Origin: a virus
Taxonomy: Duplodnaviria > Caudoviricetes
Direction: 5' to 3' (one strand)
DNA: 64,000 bases
IMG/VR virus record: IMGVR_UViG_3300046543_000595
Coordinates: 1-64,000 of that record
A model generated the notes under the pieces. It did no database searches and was not told where the DNA came from. It saw only the letters and a program-made list of their open reading frames with translations. The first letter of the stretch is position 1; each line of letters begins with the position of its first letter. Position numbers and translations under genes: made by a program. Positions 24,605 through 35,053 of the stretch are shown piece by piece.

Positions 24605-25567
24605 TTAACGGACGCTTCGTTCATGGATCCTCCAGGTGGCGACGATTTCGTCAAGCATCTCCCGGATGTCGTATCGCGGGCGCCACCCGATCAGCCGGTC
24701 GATTTTAGCGAGATCGGGTTGCCGGCGCTCGATATCGTGGAACTTCGCGCCGAGCGCGGTAGCGCGCGGGACGTATTCAATACTGGACGTGGACTGCGTG
24801 ATTTCCTTGATCAGATCAGCAAGATCGCGGATCTCGATGAAATTCGGAGCTCCGATGTTCACGATCTCACCGAAGGCTTCTGGTGTTCGGGAGAGACGCT
24901 CGAGGGCGTCGACGGTATCGCCGACCCATGTGAACGCGCGCTCCTGCCGGCCGTCCCCGTAGACCGTGATCGGATGTCCGGCGAGCGCCTGGCTGAGCAT
25001 CGTGGGCACGACGGATCCGAGTTCTGGCCGCTGGCGCGGACCGATCGTATTGAACAGCCGGGTAATCACGACCGGGACTTCTTTTGTGGCGAAGCGGGCG
25101 AGTGCGATGAACTCCTCGACGAGCTTGGCCGCCGCATAACCCCAGCGTCCGTTCGGCGAGATTCGGAGATCGTCGGACTCGGAGAGCAGGATCTCTTCGG
25201 AGCGCCCGTAGACTTCGGAACTCGACGTGAGGACCGTCGGTACGCCGCGACTGGCCGCGCAGTGTAGCACGCAGGCCGTGGCCTGCACGTTCTGCTCAAC
25301 GGTCTCGAGCGGCATCTCGAGCACCCGCTTCACTCCGACGATGGCGGCGAGGTGGAAGATGACATCGGCTCGCTTGACCAGAGGCGTTAGGATCGGCGGA
25401 TACTGGGCGGAGCCGAAATGCAGGAGGACGCGCGGAGATTCCTGCAGGTTTACCCGTAGTCCGGTTGATAGGTTGTCGAGGATGTCGACGTCGTAGCCGA
25501 GGCTGACGAGATGGTCGACGAGTGTTGAACCGATAAAGCCGGCACCGCCGGTAACGAGCGCTCTCAT
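24605..25567 (-). CDS. NAD-dependent nucleotide-sugar epimerase/dehydratase
   Basis: VTGGAGFIGS, SSSEVYG, YAAAK, RLFNTIGPRQ. Confidence 0.92.
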   Translation of the reverse strand: MRALVTGGAGFIGSTLVDHLVSLGYDVDILDNLSTGLRVNLQESPRVLLHFGSAQYPPILTPLVKRADVIFHLAAIVGVKRVLEMPLETVEQNVQATACVLHCAASRGVPTVLTSSSEVYGRSEEILLSESDDLRISPNGRWGYAAAKLVEEFIALARFATKEVPVVITRLFNTIGPRQRPELGSVVPTMLSQALAGHPITVYGDGRQERAFTWVGDTVDALERLSRTPEAFGEIVNIGAPNFIEIRDLADLIKEITQSTSSIEYVPRATALGAKFHDIERRQPDLAKIDRLIGWRPRYDIREMLDEIVATWRIHERSVR

Positions 25568-25571
25568 ATGG

Positions 25572-26114
25572 TTAACCTACCAGACCGGTCAATTTTTTCA
25601 GCGCCACGTACTTGCCGGGCAGTCCGCAGCTTTTCAAGAGCAGCGCATTATACGCGCCATAGGCGATCAGAACGGACGGACCGCCGGCATTATGGATGGG
25701 CCGTTGTCCGTCAGGACGGATAAACGCCAGTCGGCCTTTAAAGAAAAATAGAGCATGAGCGATCGGGAAAACGTACGTCTGAAACCAGACGGTGTCGCTC
25801 CGTAGATAGACCAGCGCTATGCCGTTCCCGTGCTCGGAAAGCCGGCGCATCCATTCAGAGGTGTGTTTACCATAGGGTGGATTCAGCCAGACGCGGCCAA
25901 ACCACTGTCGTAGAAAACCCTGATCGGTGATCGTCCACATCGTTCTGGCGGTCCGATGGATCTGATGGAGCGAGGCACTGGGATCCAGGTCAAACCGACC
26001 AAGCGGTTCAATGATCTCCGGGGGTGTCTGCCAGTCGTCCGTCCAGTCGGAATTACGTGGTGCTGGCCCGCGCTGCCGGTAGTTGGTGGCGATACTTGTC
26101 ATTTCAATCGGCAT
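25572..26114 (-). CDS. phage DNA N6-adenine methyltransferase (Dam-like)
   Basis: DDWQTPPE...FDLDP...VWLNPPYG...FFKGRL-F; start uncertain. Confidence 0.85.
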   Translation of the reverse strand: MPIEMTSIATNYRQRGPAPRNSDWTDDWQTPPEIIEPLGRFDLDPSASLHQIHRTARTMWTITDQGFLRQWFGRVWLNPPYGKHTSEWMRRLSEHGNGIALVYLRSDTVWFQTYVFPIAHALFFFKGRLAFIRPDGQRPIHNAGGPSVLIAYGAYNALLLKSCGLPGKYVALKKLTGLVG

Positions 26115-26688
26115 ACGCAAACGGCACGGGCCGCAGTAGGGAACTGAGATATAGGGGATGGCTGGGGTGGCCAGACTTCGTGACCTGCAACGCGTGCAGA
26201 TCAGGAATCTCTTTCGCGATGTCTCGCCCGCGGTAGATATGCCGCCAGCCACGCTCGGTGATGTGCGCGCCCCAGCAGGCGATAACGAACGTGCCGTCGC
26301 ACATATCGTGCAGGAACTCGAGCGTATTCTCCGGGCCGACCGGATCCTCGGCGCGGAAGAGCGCCTTGTAGTCGGTCGATCGGAGCGCGAAGCAGTTCAG
26401 CATTTGGAAGCTCCCGCACTCGAAACTGCGGGCAAACGCTTTGCACCGCTTGAGTGTCGCATCGTCTTTGAGGTGATCAGCGGTGGAAGGGTTGAGGCCA
26501 ATGGCGGTAAGCGTGGGTTGGCTTGGGTTCCAGCAAATCGTCAGGCTGTACCGGTACTTCAGATCCTCGGAGAAGGCGGCTTCCCGCCGCTCTCCGTCCA
26601 CCTCTGCTTCTTTGTAGATCACTGCCGACCTCGCATGACGCGCTACATTACGCGCCCGATTTAAAAAATTCAATAGCAAAAACGGCAA
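26104..26688 (-). CDS. DUF1643 family protein
   Basis: YRYSL...IGLNPSTAD...D-TL-RC...N-FALRST...ACWG...G-PSHPLY. Confidence 0.85.
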   Translation of the reverse strand: MPFLLLNFLNRARNVARHARSAVIYKEAEVDGERREAAFSEDLKYRYSLTICWNPSQPTLTAIGLNPSTADHLKDDATLKRCKAFARSFECGSFQMLNCFALRSTDYKALFRAEDPVGPENTLEFLHDMCDGTFVIACWGAHITERGWRHIYRGRDIAKEIPDLHALQVTKSGHPSHPLYLSSLLRPVPFAYAD

Positions 26689-26869
26689 AGTTCATCGATA
26701 ATGCCGCGCATGGCGTTGACGAATGAGCGAATAGCGGTCGAGGCGCTGATCCGAATCATGCGAGATCCAGGGCTACTGGACGAAATCATGAAGCAGCAGA
26801 AGGAGTGGAACGATCTCCTGAATGCGCGGCTCGACAGCATCCGTCTCCGTCCGACGAAGAAGGAAGACG

Positions 26870-27139
26870 ATGGCAATTGAGAACGACCAGGAGTTTGAGG
26901 AGAAATTCGCGCAACTCGGCAGGTACTATCGCGCGCTCGGCACACTGTGGCAGAAAACCAATCCGCAGTCGCAAGAGCAGATCGCGCAATGGATCATCGA
27001 TGGCGGTAAGATTCTCGAGGCGCTTAGCGTCAATCTTGGAGAAATCGAAGAGTACACCGGCACGGCCGATCTCCGAATCATGATCAACGAGATGGCGACG
27101 ATTCGGGCAGAGCGGCAGGCCAAAGAAAGGAGCATATAG
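26870..27139 (+). CDS. hypothetical protein
   Basis: AAGGAAG SD. Confidence 0.55.
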   Translation: MAIENDQEFEEKFAQLGRYYRALGTLWQKTNPQSQEQIAQWIIDGGKILEALSVNLGEIEEYTGTADLRIMINEMATIRAERQAKERSI

Positions 27140-27399
27140 TGCAGCAGGTATTCATTGGTAATTTGCAGTTCGATGCCACGGAGGACGATCTCCGTGAGGC
27201 GTTTGAGAGCGAGGGGCTGGAGGTACAGTCTGCTCGGATCGTCCGCGATGTGAACAATCACAACAAGTCAAAGGGGTTCGGATTTGTCACGCTGGCCGAC
27301 GGCTGTTCAACTGAGGACGCGATCGACCGGATGAACGACTATGCCGTTCTTGGTCGTAAGATCCGCGTGGATAACGTCCGCGCCAAGGCGCGGGCCTAG
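27139..27399 (+). CDS. RNA-binding protein (RRM)
   Basis: RNP2 VFIGNL, RNP1 KGFGFVTL. Confidence 0.92.
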   Translation: MQQVFIGNLQFDATEDDLREAFESEGLEVQSARIVRDVNNHNKSKGFGFVTLADGCSTEDAIDRMNDYAVLGRKIRVDNVRAKARA

Positions 27400-27408
27400 A
27401 GGTGGGGG

Positions 27409-27945
27409 GTGCGGCAGAAACGGGACGCCTTCAATCCGGAGCATATGGCGGAGGAGACGCTCCTGTCGCCGAACCGGCTGCTAACTTTCCAGCAGGCCGG
27501 CGCGCATTTGGGTGTGGGGGCGGAGTCCGTTAGGATACTGGCGAGGAATGGCGCCATCCCGTACGTCGAGGTCAAGGCTGATGGACCGAGGACTAAGCGT
27601 ATGATCCGGGTCCGGATCGGCGATATCGATGACTACATCCGGAAACAGACGCGGCGAATTAATGTCTGGCATGAAGACGCTGAGATCTGGCCGGTCCGGG
27701 TGGCGCTCCGCATTCTCAATATCTCCCGGAAAGAGTATTACCGGCTGAGAGATGAAGGGCTGTTCATCCGTTGCACTCCGGACGAGATCCGCCATGCGGC
27801 GGAAGTGCTGTATCATCGTGGCGCGGTGAAGGTTATCATGGCTGAAGTTGCAACGATTATGCGGATGAAGCCGAAATGTCCGGTATGTCGTCGCCCCCGC
27901 ACGTATCCCGGCAAATTTCACCCCACTGAAAAACAATGGCAATGA
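27409..27945 (+). CDS. excisionase-like HTH DNA-binding protein
   Basis: LLTFQQAGAHLGV...VRIL--NG-IP...IRVRIGDIDDYI. Confidence 0.7.
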   Translation: MRQKRDAFNPEHMAEETLLSPNRLLTFQQAGAHLGVGAESVRILARNGAIPYVEVKADGPRTKRMIRVRIGDIDDYIRKQTRRINVWHEDAEIWPVRVALRILNISRKEYYRLRDEGLFIRCTPDEIRHAAEVLYHRGAVKVIMAEVATIMRMKPKCPVCRRPRTYPGKFHPTEKQWQ

Positions 27946-28562
27946 ACGCAGTTGATCGCGCCGACCGTAAACTCCGCGACCTTGACCGGTATATGCAACT
28001 CCGGTCTGGGGCGACCACCGTCCACCGCCTCGCCGACCTCGAGGGCATCGATCCGATCGAGATCGAACAGAGCGTCCAGCGCGGCGCCCGTCAGTACGAG
28101 GCGCAGCAGCAGATGTTTCTCCGGGACGCGAAGTACCGCGGCGCGATCGAGAACGAACAGATCCGGTCGAGCCTCCGAACGCTCGCGGGCAAAATGCAGG
28201 AGGCGATCTTGCTCCTGCTGAGCGGCAAACGTTCGGTCGTCGAAACCGACAAGGTGACCGGTAAGGTTACGGTCATCGATGTCGTCGATCCGGACGTGAT
28301 CGTCCGTGGCGTCGAGGCCTTCCGCAAGGCGATTTCGCTGGAGGAGAAGGCCGGGCCGAACACGCTCATCAATGTACAGCAGAATAACGCTGAAGGTGGC
28401 GGAGAGATCCGTGTCGGGATGACGTACGAGGAACGCCTCGACGAGATCCAGAAAGCGCAAAGCCGGCAAGCGCTTCCAGCCAGTCGGCAGATTATCGAGG
28501 CGGAGGTTGTCCAGCCCGTGGTTGCCGATGCCGCCGTTGCGGACACGGAGGAATTGTTTTGA
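27936..28562 (+). CDS. hypothetical protein (terminase small subunit candidate)
   Basis: N-terminal HTH-like segment and INVQQNN tail; upstream of TerL. Confidence 0.45.
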   Translation: MAMNAVDRADRKLRDLDRYMQLRSGATTVHRLADLEGIDPIEIEQSVQRGARQYEAQQQMFLRDAKYRGAIENEQIRSSLRTLAGKMQEAILLLLSGKRSVVETDKVTGKVTVIDVVDPDVIVRGVEAFRKAISLEEKAGPNTLINVQQNNAEGGGEIRVGMTYEERLDEIQKAQSRQALPASRQIIEAEVVQPVVADAAVADTEELF

Positions 28563-28810
28563 ATAACACGTACCGGTTAGAGGTCCAGTTCGCATGCCCT
28601 GTTCATGACGGGCAGATCGATATCTACGATGTGACGATTACTAGTCCGGTGATGATCCCAGTGGAAGAAATCATGGAGTTCTTCGCCAAATACCGTAAGG
28701 AGAGGATCTATCAGGAAGTACTTGCGATCGGTGCCGCTACCGCACTCGGCGCGCACGTGAAGATCGTCGGTACCCACTCCTGCGTCCTCGTAACAAGCGA
28801 GGCGCCGTGA
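28559..28810 (+). CDS. short QueF/T-fold-like protein
   Basis: FACP...D-Y-VTI...VEEI--F---Y----IYQE-LA pattern. Confidence 0.5.
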   Translation: MNNTYRLEVQFACPVHDGQIDIYDVTITSPVMIPVEEIMEFFAKYRKERIYQEVLAIGAATALGAHVKIVGTHSCVLVTSEAP

Positions 28811-29526
28811 CCGTCCATTACCATGGAACGCCGATCACTCCGCGCCCCGTCCTCCAGTCTCTCGCCGGTCGTCACTTCTGCGTAAGTTTCGCCGCAGACC
28901 AGGACCTGCAGGAATGTCACCGGATTGGGCAGGGTGTCATGCTCGACAATGGGGCGTACAGTCTCTGGCGGTTGAACCCGAAGGCATTCACCTATGTGTG
29001 GGACGCCTTCTACGGCTGGGCGCGTCCGTGGCTGGACTATCGAACGACATGGGTCGTCATCCCCGATGTCATCGGCGGAACTGAACTCGAGAACGATAAA
29101 CTGATTGGGCAATGGTTCCAGCGTTTCGGCTCTTACCGGCAGGCTGCTCCGGTGTGGCATCTTCACGAATCGTTTACAAGACTAGAGCGCCTGGTTACGG
29201 GGTTCGATCAGGTGTGCTTCGGATCTAGTGGCGACTACGCCACGATCGGTAGCGACCGCTGGAACAATCGGATGAACGAGGTCTTCAACTTCATCTGCAA
29301 GGGGTCCGGGGCGCCGCCATGCTGGATCCATATGCTACGCGGGATGTCGCTGGCCGGCTCGATCTACCCGTTCGCCTCAGTCGATTCGACGGACGTCGGA
29401 CGCAATCATAGCCGCCCGCAAAACACGGCTGACGGGATGGTCGCCCGATGGGACGGAATGCAGTGTCCAGCACGCTGGCAGGTTCAGCCCGTGCAACAAG
29501 TACTGGAGGCCGTCCATGCCGGATGA
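28807..29526 (+). CDS. TGT/DpdA-like transglycosylase-family protein
   Basis: MLDNGAYS, IPDVIGG, PVWH, IHMLRG, PFASVDST. Confidence 0.65.
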   Translation: MTVHYHGTPITPRPVLQSLAGRHFCVSFAADQDLQECHRIGQGVMLDNGAYSLWRLNPKAFTYVWDAFYGWARPWLDYRTTWVVIPDVIGGTELENDKLIGQWFQRFGSYRQAAPVWHLHESFTRLERLVTGFDQVCFGSSGDYATIGSDRWNNRMNEVFNFICKGSGAPPCWIHMLRGMSLAGSIYPFASVDSTDVGRNHSRPQNTADGMVARWDGMQCPARWQVQPVQQVLEAVHAG

Positions 29527-30055
29527 GCGCCCGTTTGCCAGAGCGGCCGGCCTCGTGTCCGGGCTGCTCTACCGTGGGATCGCCAGCCTTGGCCGCGCCG
29601 TTGGGCCGTATCTCCGGATCGCACTCATGGTTCTCGCGATTGTGCTGTCTTTGCCGTCGATTGCCGAATACTGGCTCCGGCATGTGCGCTTGCCCGACGT
29701 TCCGGTCAGCGCGATCGTGCTGCTGCTCGTCGCCTCGTTTTTCATCCTCTCATTCGCCGTTTTGCTCTATACCGCCTCGTCGGTGCTGCTGACCATCCAG
29801 AGCGCCGAGACGACGAACCGGACGATCCAGGCGCGCAAGAGGCGGCAGTTCCAGGCTACGGACGGATCGTTCAGTGCAGCCACCGACGAGAAGGCATGGC
29901 AGAGCGAGACCATCGAGGATCTCAGAAAGCAGGGAATCCGGGTGGACGGCATCGACCTGCTGGCCAAGAACGGGGTGTTGAAACCAGAGGACCAAGAGGC
30001 CATCGAGGATATGGCTCGAGCCGCACAGTTGCGGCATCGAGGGAGAACAGAGTAG
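29516..30055 (+). CDS. membrane protein
   Basis: two hydrophobic helices. Confidence 0.6.
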   Translation: MPDERPFARAAGLVSGLLYRGIASLGRAVGPYLRIALMVLAIVLSLPSIAEYWLRHVRLPDVPVSAIVLLLVASFFILSFAVLLYTASSVLLTIQSAETTNRTIQARKRRQFQATDGSFSAATDEKAWQSETIEDLRKQGIRVDGIDLLAKNGVLKPEDQEAIEDMARAAQLRHRGRTE

Positions 30056-30156
30056 TAAACGCCCGTTGCCGCGGGCATAACTGGAGCAATCGAACGGATT
30101 AGACAATCCAAAGACTTCCACGGAGAAACGAATACGTTAACGATCTCGTAGAGGCC

Positions 30157-32109
30157 ATGGACGTCCGTCTGGCTGAGGCCAAGGGCGACCAGAAGGCGTG
30201 CTACGCCCGCTTATCGACCACAGAGCAGCGGCTGATCGATGCGGAGATCGCGCGCGTTTTACCGAAGACTCCAGAAGCTCGCCGCGCGTTCCTCGAGGAC
30301 TACTTCGTCATCAACACCAAGGGTGAGGAGTGGCAGGCGCAACGCCTGCAAACCGTCTGGCCGTTCACCGAAACCCAAGAGATCCTCTGGTTGGAATTCT
30401 GCCGTGATTGGATCGCCAATAAGCCGCTCCGCCTGCTGATGCTGAAGGCCCGCCAGATTCGCTGGTCGACGCTCTGCCAGGGCGTCATCTTCCAACTGAT
30501 GATCTCGACGAAGTTGACGAACACGCTAGTCATCGCCGATCAGCAGGACCGGTCGACGCAGATCTTCGGCATGGCCAGTTTGGCCTATCGGTATCTGCCG
30601 TGGTGGATGCGGCCGGAACTGGAACTCGACAACCGCGGCGAGGGTATCTTCAGGTTCGACCGTAAGGATAAACTGGATAAGATCAACAACCCGGGCCTGA
30701 ACTCCACCTACTTCATCGACGCGGCAAATAAACTGAACGGCTCTTCCCGCGGCTTCACGCTCCACAACGTCCACGCAACCGAGTTCGGCCTCTGGCTGCG
30801 TGCGAGGATCCTGACGTCGGACATCATCCCGGCCGTTCCGTACAAGAACCCGAACGTCATGTTCTTTGTCGAAGGTACGGCGAAGGGTGCCGGCGAAATG
30901 AACGCGTTCTTGAAGATGTGGAAACTGGCATCGGACGGCAAGGGACTGTTCCGTCCGGTGTTCGCCGCATGGTGGAGAGAGCGCACGTATTGCAAGCCGT
31001 TCCCGTCGGCCCTCGAGGAGAGTCAGTTCGATTTCACAAAGGAAGAAAAAGAACTGTCCGATAAGGTGGTCGACGAATTCGGATACCAGATCACGAAGGA
31101 ACAGATGTCATGGCGCCGGGAACAGGCCGAGCAGGTAGAGGCTACCGAAGGCGACGCCGAAATGGTGGAGCAGGAGTACCCCTCGTACCCGCGTTCGGCT
31201 TTTCGCTCAGGCGGCCGCTGTCGGTTCAACCTGAAGACGCTGGCAAAGATCGAGGTGCGCGACGTCCGGTTGCCGATCTGGGCCGGCGATATCGAGCACC
31301 GCCGGGATCCTACCGATCCGGAGAAGGACCGCCCGGTGCTGATCCGCTACTTCCAGCATTCGCCGTATTCGACGGTCCCACTGTCGCCGACCGAGAAATC
31401 GATGCTCAATGCGGCGCCGATCTGGGTCTGGGAATGGCCGAACAGTAAGGACCTGTATTACGGCGCATCGGACCCGGGCCGCGGCATGGTCGGCAAGGAC
31501 TGCAGCGCGGCCCAGATCTTCCGGGTTCCCCGCCGGCATGGCCAGCGGATCCGACAATGTTTCGAGTACCGCGGCTATGCTGACGCGAAAGAACTCTCGA
31601 AGATCGTGAACACGGTTGGCCGCATGTACAACACATGCGAGTGGGCACCGGAATGCAACACGCTGACCGAGCACATCGGCAACCTGATCACCATCCATAA
31701 GTATCCTAAGATCTACCGTTGGCGCCGTCGTGATAAGACGCACAACGCGACGACCTGGTTCTTCGGCTGGGAAACCAACAGCAAGAGCCGGGAAGATCTT
31801 CAGACACGATTCGATTCCCATTTGAAGGACGATTCGATCGAGATCAAGTCGGTCCGACTGTTGACCGAGTGTCAGAACTTTATCGAACTCGATGAAGGTG
31901 GCCGATTCGAGGCCGCGCCCGGCGAGAAAGACGACACGCTATTCGCCGGCATGATTTGCGTATTTTGCCTACTGGAACTGGATCCACGCCTGTTCGAACT
32001 CGTCGAGACCGAGCAGGTCCCGGATCCGACAAGGGGGCTACACAACACCGATCACTCGCTGTTTGACGACGCCGAGAGACCGGGAATACCGGATTACAAC
32101 ATGCTTTAG
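30157..32109 (+). CDS. terL: terminase large subunit
   Basis: LKARQIRWST Walker A, VHATEFG, VEGTAKG, ASDPGRG, DDTLFA nuclease motifs. Confidence 0.92.
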   Translation: MDVRLAEAKGDQKACYARLSTTEQRLIDAEIARVLPKTPEARRAFLEDYFVINTKGEEWQAQRLQTVWPFTETQEILWLEFCRDWIANKPLRLLMLKARQIRWSTLCQGVIFQLMISTKLTNTLVIADQQDRSTQIFGMASLAYRYLPWWMRPELELDNRGEGIFRFDRKDKLDKINNPGLNSTYFIDAANKLNGSSRGFTLHNVHATEFGLWLRARILTSDIIPAVPYKNPNVMFFVEGTAKGAGEMNAFLKMWKLASDGKGLFRPVFAAWWRERTYCKPFPSALEESQFDFTKEEKELSDKVVDEFGYQITKEQMSWRREQAEQVEATEGDAEMVEQEYPSYPRSAFRSGGRCRFNLKTLAKIEVRDVRLPIWAGDIEHRRDPTDPEKDRPVLIRYFQHSPYSTVPLSPTEKSMLNAAPIWVWEWPNSKDLYYGASDPGRGMVGKDCSAAQIFRVPRRHGQRIRQCFEYRGYADAKELSKIVNTVGRMYNTCEWAPECNTLTEHIGNLITIHKYPKIYRWRRRDKTHNATTWFFGWETNSKSREDLQTRFDSHLKDDSIEIKSVRLLTECQNFIELDEGGRFEAAPGEKDDTLFAGMICVFCLLELDPRLFELVETEQVPDPTRGLHNTDHSLFDDAERPGIPDYNML

Positions 32110-32118
32110 GAGGACCAT

Positions 32119-32715
32119 ATGACCGCAAGAAAAGAGACAAAAGGAACACTGACCGTACCGCCGCTCGAGGAAGAAGGCCTCGCCGGCACACCAAAGACCG
32201 AGGCCGGACCGGACGACATCGGTCTGTTCGCTGCTGGAGATACCGCGTCGGAGCCGAAGGCCGAGATAGTACAAGAGCAGGCCTTCAAGGTTGCAGGCGG
32301 AGAATATCGGGTGGGCGAATCACTTCCGATATACAAGGAAGTCGAACTGTCAGAGGCGAGGATCCAGCGGGAGAATCTCGAGGCCTGGCAAAAAGGCAAG
32401 ATGGCCGAGGAGGAAAACCCAGTAATCCGGCGGCGCGATCTGCAGGATGCGCTTGCCGCGATGCGGGCCGAACTCGCCGGCCAACCGCAAAGGGACGGTG
32501 TCAACGCCTCCGCCCCGGGCGGCATTTTCGCATGCCCGATCTGCGGGTTGCCGATCTCCGGACCGTCGCTGACAAGCCAGAAGGGCGGACTCTACGAACA
32601 CGGGTTCGGCGAGAGCGTCAAACTGCCGGGTGGCCAACGCTGCCAATACCAGGGCCGGAAGTTCCGACCGCCCATGGTGTTTCTTGAAGTCGTGCCATTG
32701 ACAGCGAAGAAATAA
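32119..32715 (+). CDS. hypothetical protein
   Basis: AGGAGG SD. Confidence 0.65.
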   Translation: MTARKETKGTLTVPPLEEEGLAGTPKTEAGPDDIGLFAAGDTASEPKAEIVQEQAFKVAGGEYRVGESLPIYKEVELSEARIQRENLEAWQKGKMAEEENPVIRRRDLQDALAAMRAELAGQPQRDGVNASAPGGIFACPICGLPISGPSLTSQKGGLYEHGFGESVKLPGGQRCQYQGRKFRPPMVFLEVVPLTAKK

Positions 32716-32731
32716 TCGAAGGGAGAACGCG

Positions 32732-33343
32732 ATGCCGAACAATGAAGTCATGTCAGGCGAGCCGTGCCCACTCTGCCTGCTGCAAAAAGGGCAAATCACG
32801 CCGATGGTCAACCGCCCGGGTCAACACTACGCCCAGTGCGGTACCGGGCAGCACAAGTTCGAAGACACCGAAGAACTCCGAACCTATCAGAAGCAGGCGC
32901 GCGCCAAATTTCCGGCGGTCTATACGCCAGCCGCGAAGACCAACGAGCCGGATATGGCGCAGTTCGCCAATCAGGATCTCGTGATTACTGCCGAGATCAA
33001 GAAGACGATGGAAGATGCGGCCGGCGTCGCGTTCACCGGCGCCGCCGATATGAAGGGCGTCTTCCTCGCTTTCGCTCAGGACAACAAGGACCAGGAGACC
33101 GAAATCAAGCGGCTCCGCGCTCAGATCGGAGCGATGAGCCGCCGGAACGGTGGAACGCAGGTGGCAGCCGGCGTGGAGCTCGGACTCGGCCAGTACATCA
33201 TCACCGTGCCGGAATGGGCCATGGAGGGCGGTATCGCTGCGGCTGCCGAGCACGACGGCATGACAGAGCAGGATTGGATCCAGAACGAGATGAATGCCTA
33301 TCTGGAGAATTACTTCAATCCGCAGATGCAGCAGAGGAGATAG
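32732..33343 (+). CDS. hypothetical protein
   Basis: GGGAG SD; N-terminal CxxC. Confidence 0.65.
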   Translation: MPNNEVMSGEPCPLCLLQKGQITPMVNRPGQHYAQCGTGQHKFEDTEELRTYQKQARAKFPAVYTPAAKTNEPDMAQFANQDLVITAEIKKTMEDAAGVAFTGAADMKGVFLAFAQDNKDQETEIKRLRAQIGAMSRRNGGTQVAAGVELGLGQYIITVPEWAMEGGIAAAAEHDGMTEQDWIQNEMNAYLENYFNPQMQQRR

Positions 33344-33345
33344 CC

Positions 33346-33702
33346 ATGGCGGTTACCTACGATTTCGTTTGCGACGACGATGACTGCGGGCACGTTGTCG
33401 TGGACGTGCTCTGTTCGGACGGTCGCCCGGTCGGAGATCACCCGAAGCACTGTGGTCGCCCGATGCAGATGAGCTACAAGAACCTCGTGCAATCGGTTCA
33501 GGAGTTCGTCCCGTTCACGACCCGCAACATCCACCCGGACGGGAAAGAGTTGCTCGTGCGCAATAAGGGCGACCTTCAACGGTACTACAAGGAATACGGG
33601 GTCGTTCACTACGACGACCCGAACCTTGTCGCGCAGGGCGGCGAGATCGTCCGGAAGACGCCAAAGATGGGCAAGGTCTTCGACATGGGACATCGGCGAT
33701 GA
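33346..33702 (+). CDS. FmdB-like Zn-ribbon protein
   Basis: MAVTYDFVC---CGH...HCGRPM. Confidence 0.65.
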   Translation: MAVTYDFVCDDDDCGHVVVDVLCSDGRPVGDHPKHCGRPMQMSYKNLVQSVQEFVPFTTRNIHPDGKELLVRNKGDLQRYYKEYGVVHYDDPNLVAQGGEIVRKTPKMGKVFDMGHRR

Positions 33703-34694
33703 GAACCGCACTCATTACCGGTGTGACCGGTCAGGACGGCTCCTATCTGAGCGAACGGCTATTGGAGCAGGGGTACCACGTCGGAGGCCTCGTCGTCGGT
33801 ATCGAGGACCGATCGAACATCCGGCACCTCGAGTCGCATCCGAACTTCGATCTGATCGAAGGCGAGTTAATGGATCAGGCTTTCCTGAGTGAGACGCTCA
33901 GGACGATCCGCCCGGCTCGCCTGTTCAACCTTGCTGGACAGTCGTTCGTGCCGCTCTCATGGAAGCAGCCGGTGTTCACTGCAGACTTCAACGGTCTCTC
34001 GGTCGCCAGGCTGCTCGAGGCGATTCGTCTGGAATCGCCAGATACGCACTTCTATCAGGCGTCCTCGAGCGAGATGTTCGGGAACTCGGACGACGTGATG
34101 ATCAGTGAGGATACGATCCTCGCGCCGTGCTCGCCCTACGCGGCCGCCAAAGCGTTCGGCCATCACATCACACAGGTCTACCGGGAGAGCTACGGACTGT
34201 TCGCCTGCTCAGGAATCCTGTTCAATCACGAGAGTCCGCGCCGCGGCGAAGAGTTCGTCACGCAGAAGATTGCCCGATCGGTCGCCAGGATCGCTAGAGG
34301 TGACCGGGAGCACCGGCTGCAGTTGGGCGATCCGGAATCGCGCCGGGATTGGGGATATGCCGGGGATTATGTTCGGGCGATGATCATGATGCTGGATGCG
34401 GACGAGGCGGATGATTACGTGATCGCGACCGGCTGGAATCATTCGGTTCGCGACTTCTGCAGGATGGCTTTTGAGTATGCCGGCATTGCGAGTTGGGAAC
34501 AGTATGTCGAATTCAACTGCCACGGCCTCCAGCGCCCTAAAGACGTGCGGTCTCTCTGTGGAAACGCGACGAAGGCCCGCGTGGCCCTCGGATGGGTCCC
34601 GCTGATGACGTTCAAGATGCTCGTTGAGGTCATGGTCGATGCTGCCATCCGCCGTCTTGCCAACGAGGAATTACCGGAAGCGAGGTTGGTATGA
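33699..34694 (+). CDS. gmd: GDP-mannose 4,6-dehydratase
   Basis: ALITGVTGQDGSYL, YQASSSEMFG, SPYAAAK, GILFNHESPRRG, RDWGYAGDYV. Confidence 0.95.
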   Translation: MRTALITGVTGQDGSYLSERLLEQGYHVGGLVVGIEDRSNIRHLESHPNFDLIEGELMDQAFLSETLRTIRPARLFNLAGQSFVPLSWKQPVFTADFNGLSVARLLEAIRLESPDTHFYQASSSEMFGNSDDVMISEDTILAPCSPYAAAKAFGHHITQVYRESYGLFACSGILFNHESPRRGEEFVTQKIARSVARIARGDREHRLQLGDPESRRDWGYAGDYVRAMIMMLDADEADDYVIATGWNHSVRDFCRMAFEYAGIASWEQYVEFNCHGLQRPKDVRSLCGNATKARVALGWVPLMTFKMLVEVMVDAAIRRLANEELPEARLV

Positions 34695-35053
34695 GTGCGA
34701 TCGTCCTGCAGACCACGGCCATCAAAGTCACGAACAAGGGCGGCGGTATTAAGCAGACCGTCGACAAGAGCAATAACGTCTTCTGGTCCGACGATACAGG
34801 ATCGGATTACGTGACGTTCGTCTGTCCCCACCCGAAATGCGGCCATCGCAACAAGCAGTCGATGTACGAGGCCGAGAACTACCACGACCCGGCGAACGAT
34901 CGCATCCCGTTCAAATGCCGGAAGTGTCGTAGCGTCATTGAAGTTACGCGGCCAGCCTCCGTGCGTCCGCTGATCATTGTCCCGGGAGCCGAAGTGCGCC
35001 GGTCCCAGCCAGGAGGCATCATTGTCAACGGTACAGAGTTGGGACGGACCTAG
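34691..35053 (+). CDS. Zn-binding hypothetical protein
   Basis: CPHPKC...CRKC. Confidence 0.55.
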   Translation: MSAIVLQTTAIKVTNKGGGIKQTVDKSNNVFWSDDTGSDYVTFVCPHPKCGHRNKQSMYEAENYHDPANDRIPFKCRKCRSVIEVTRPASVRPLIIVPGAEVRRSQPGGIIVNGTELGRT

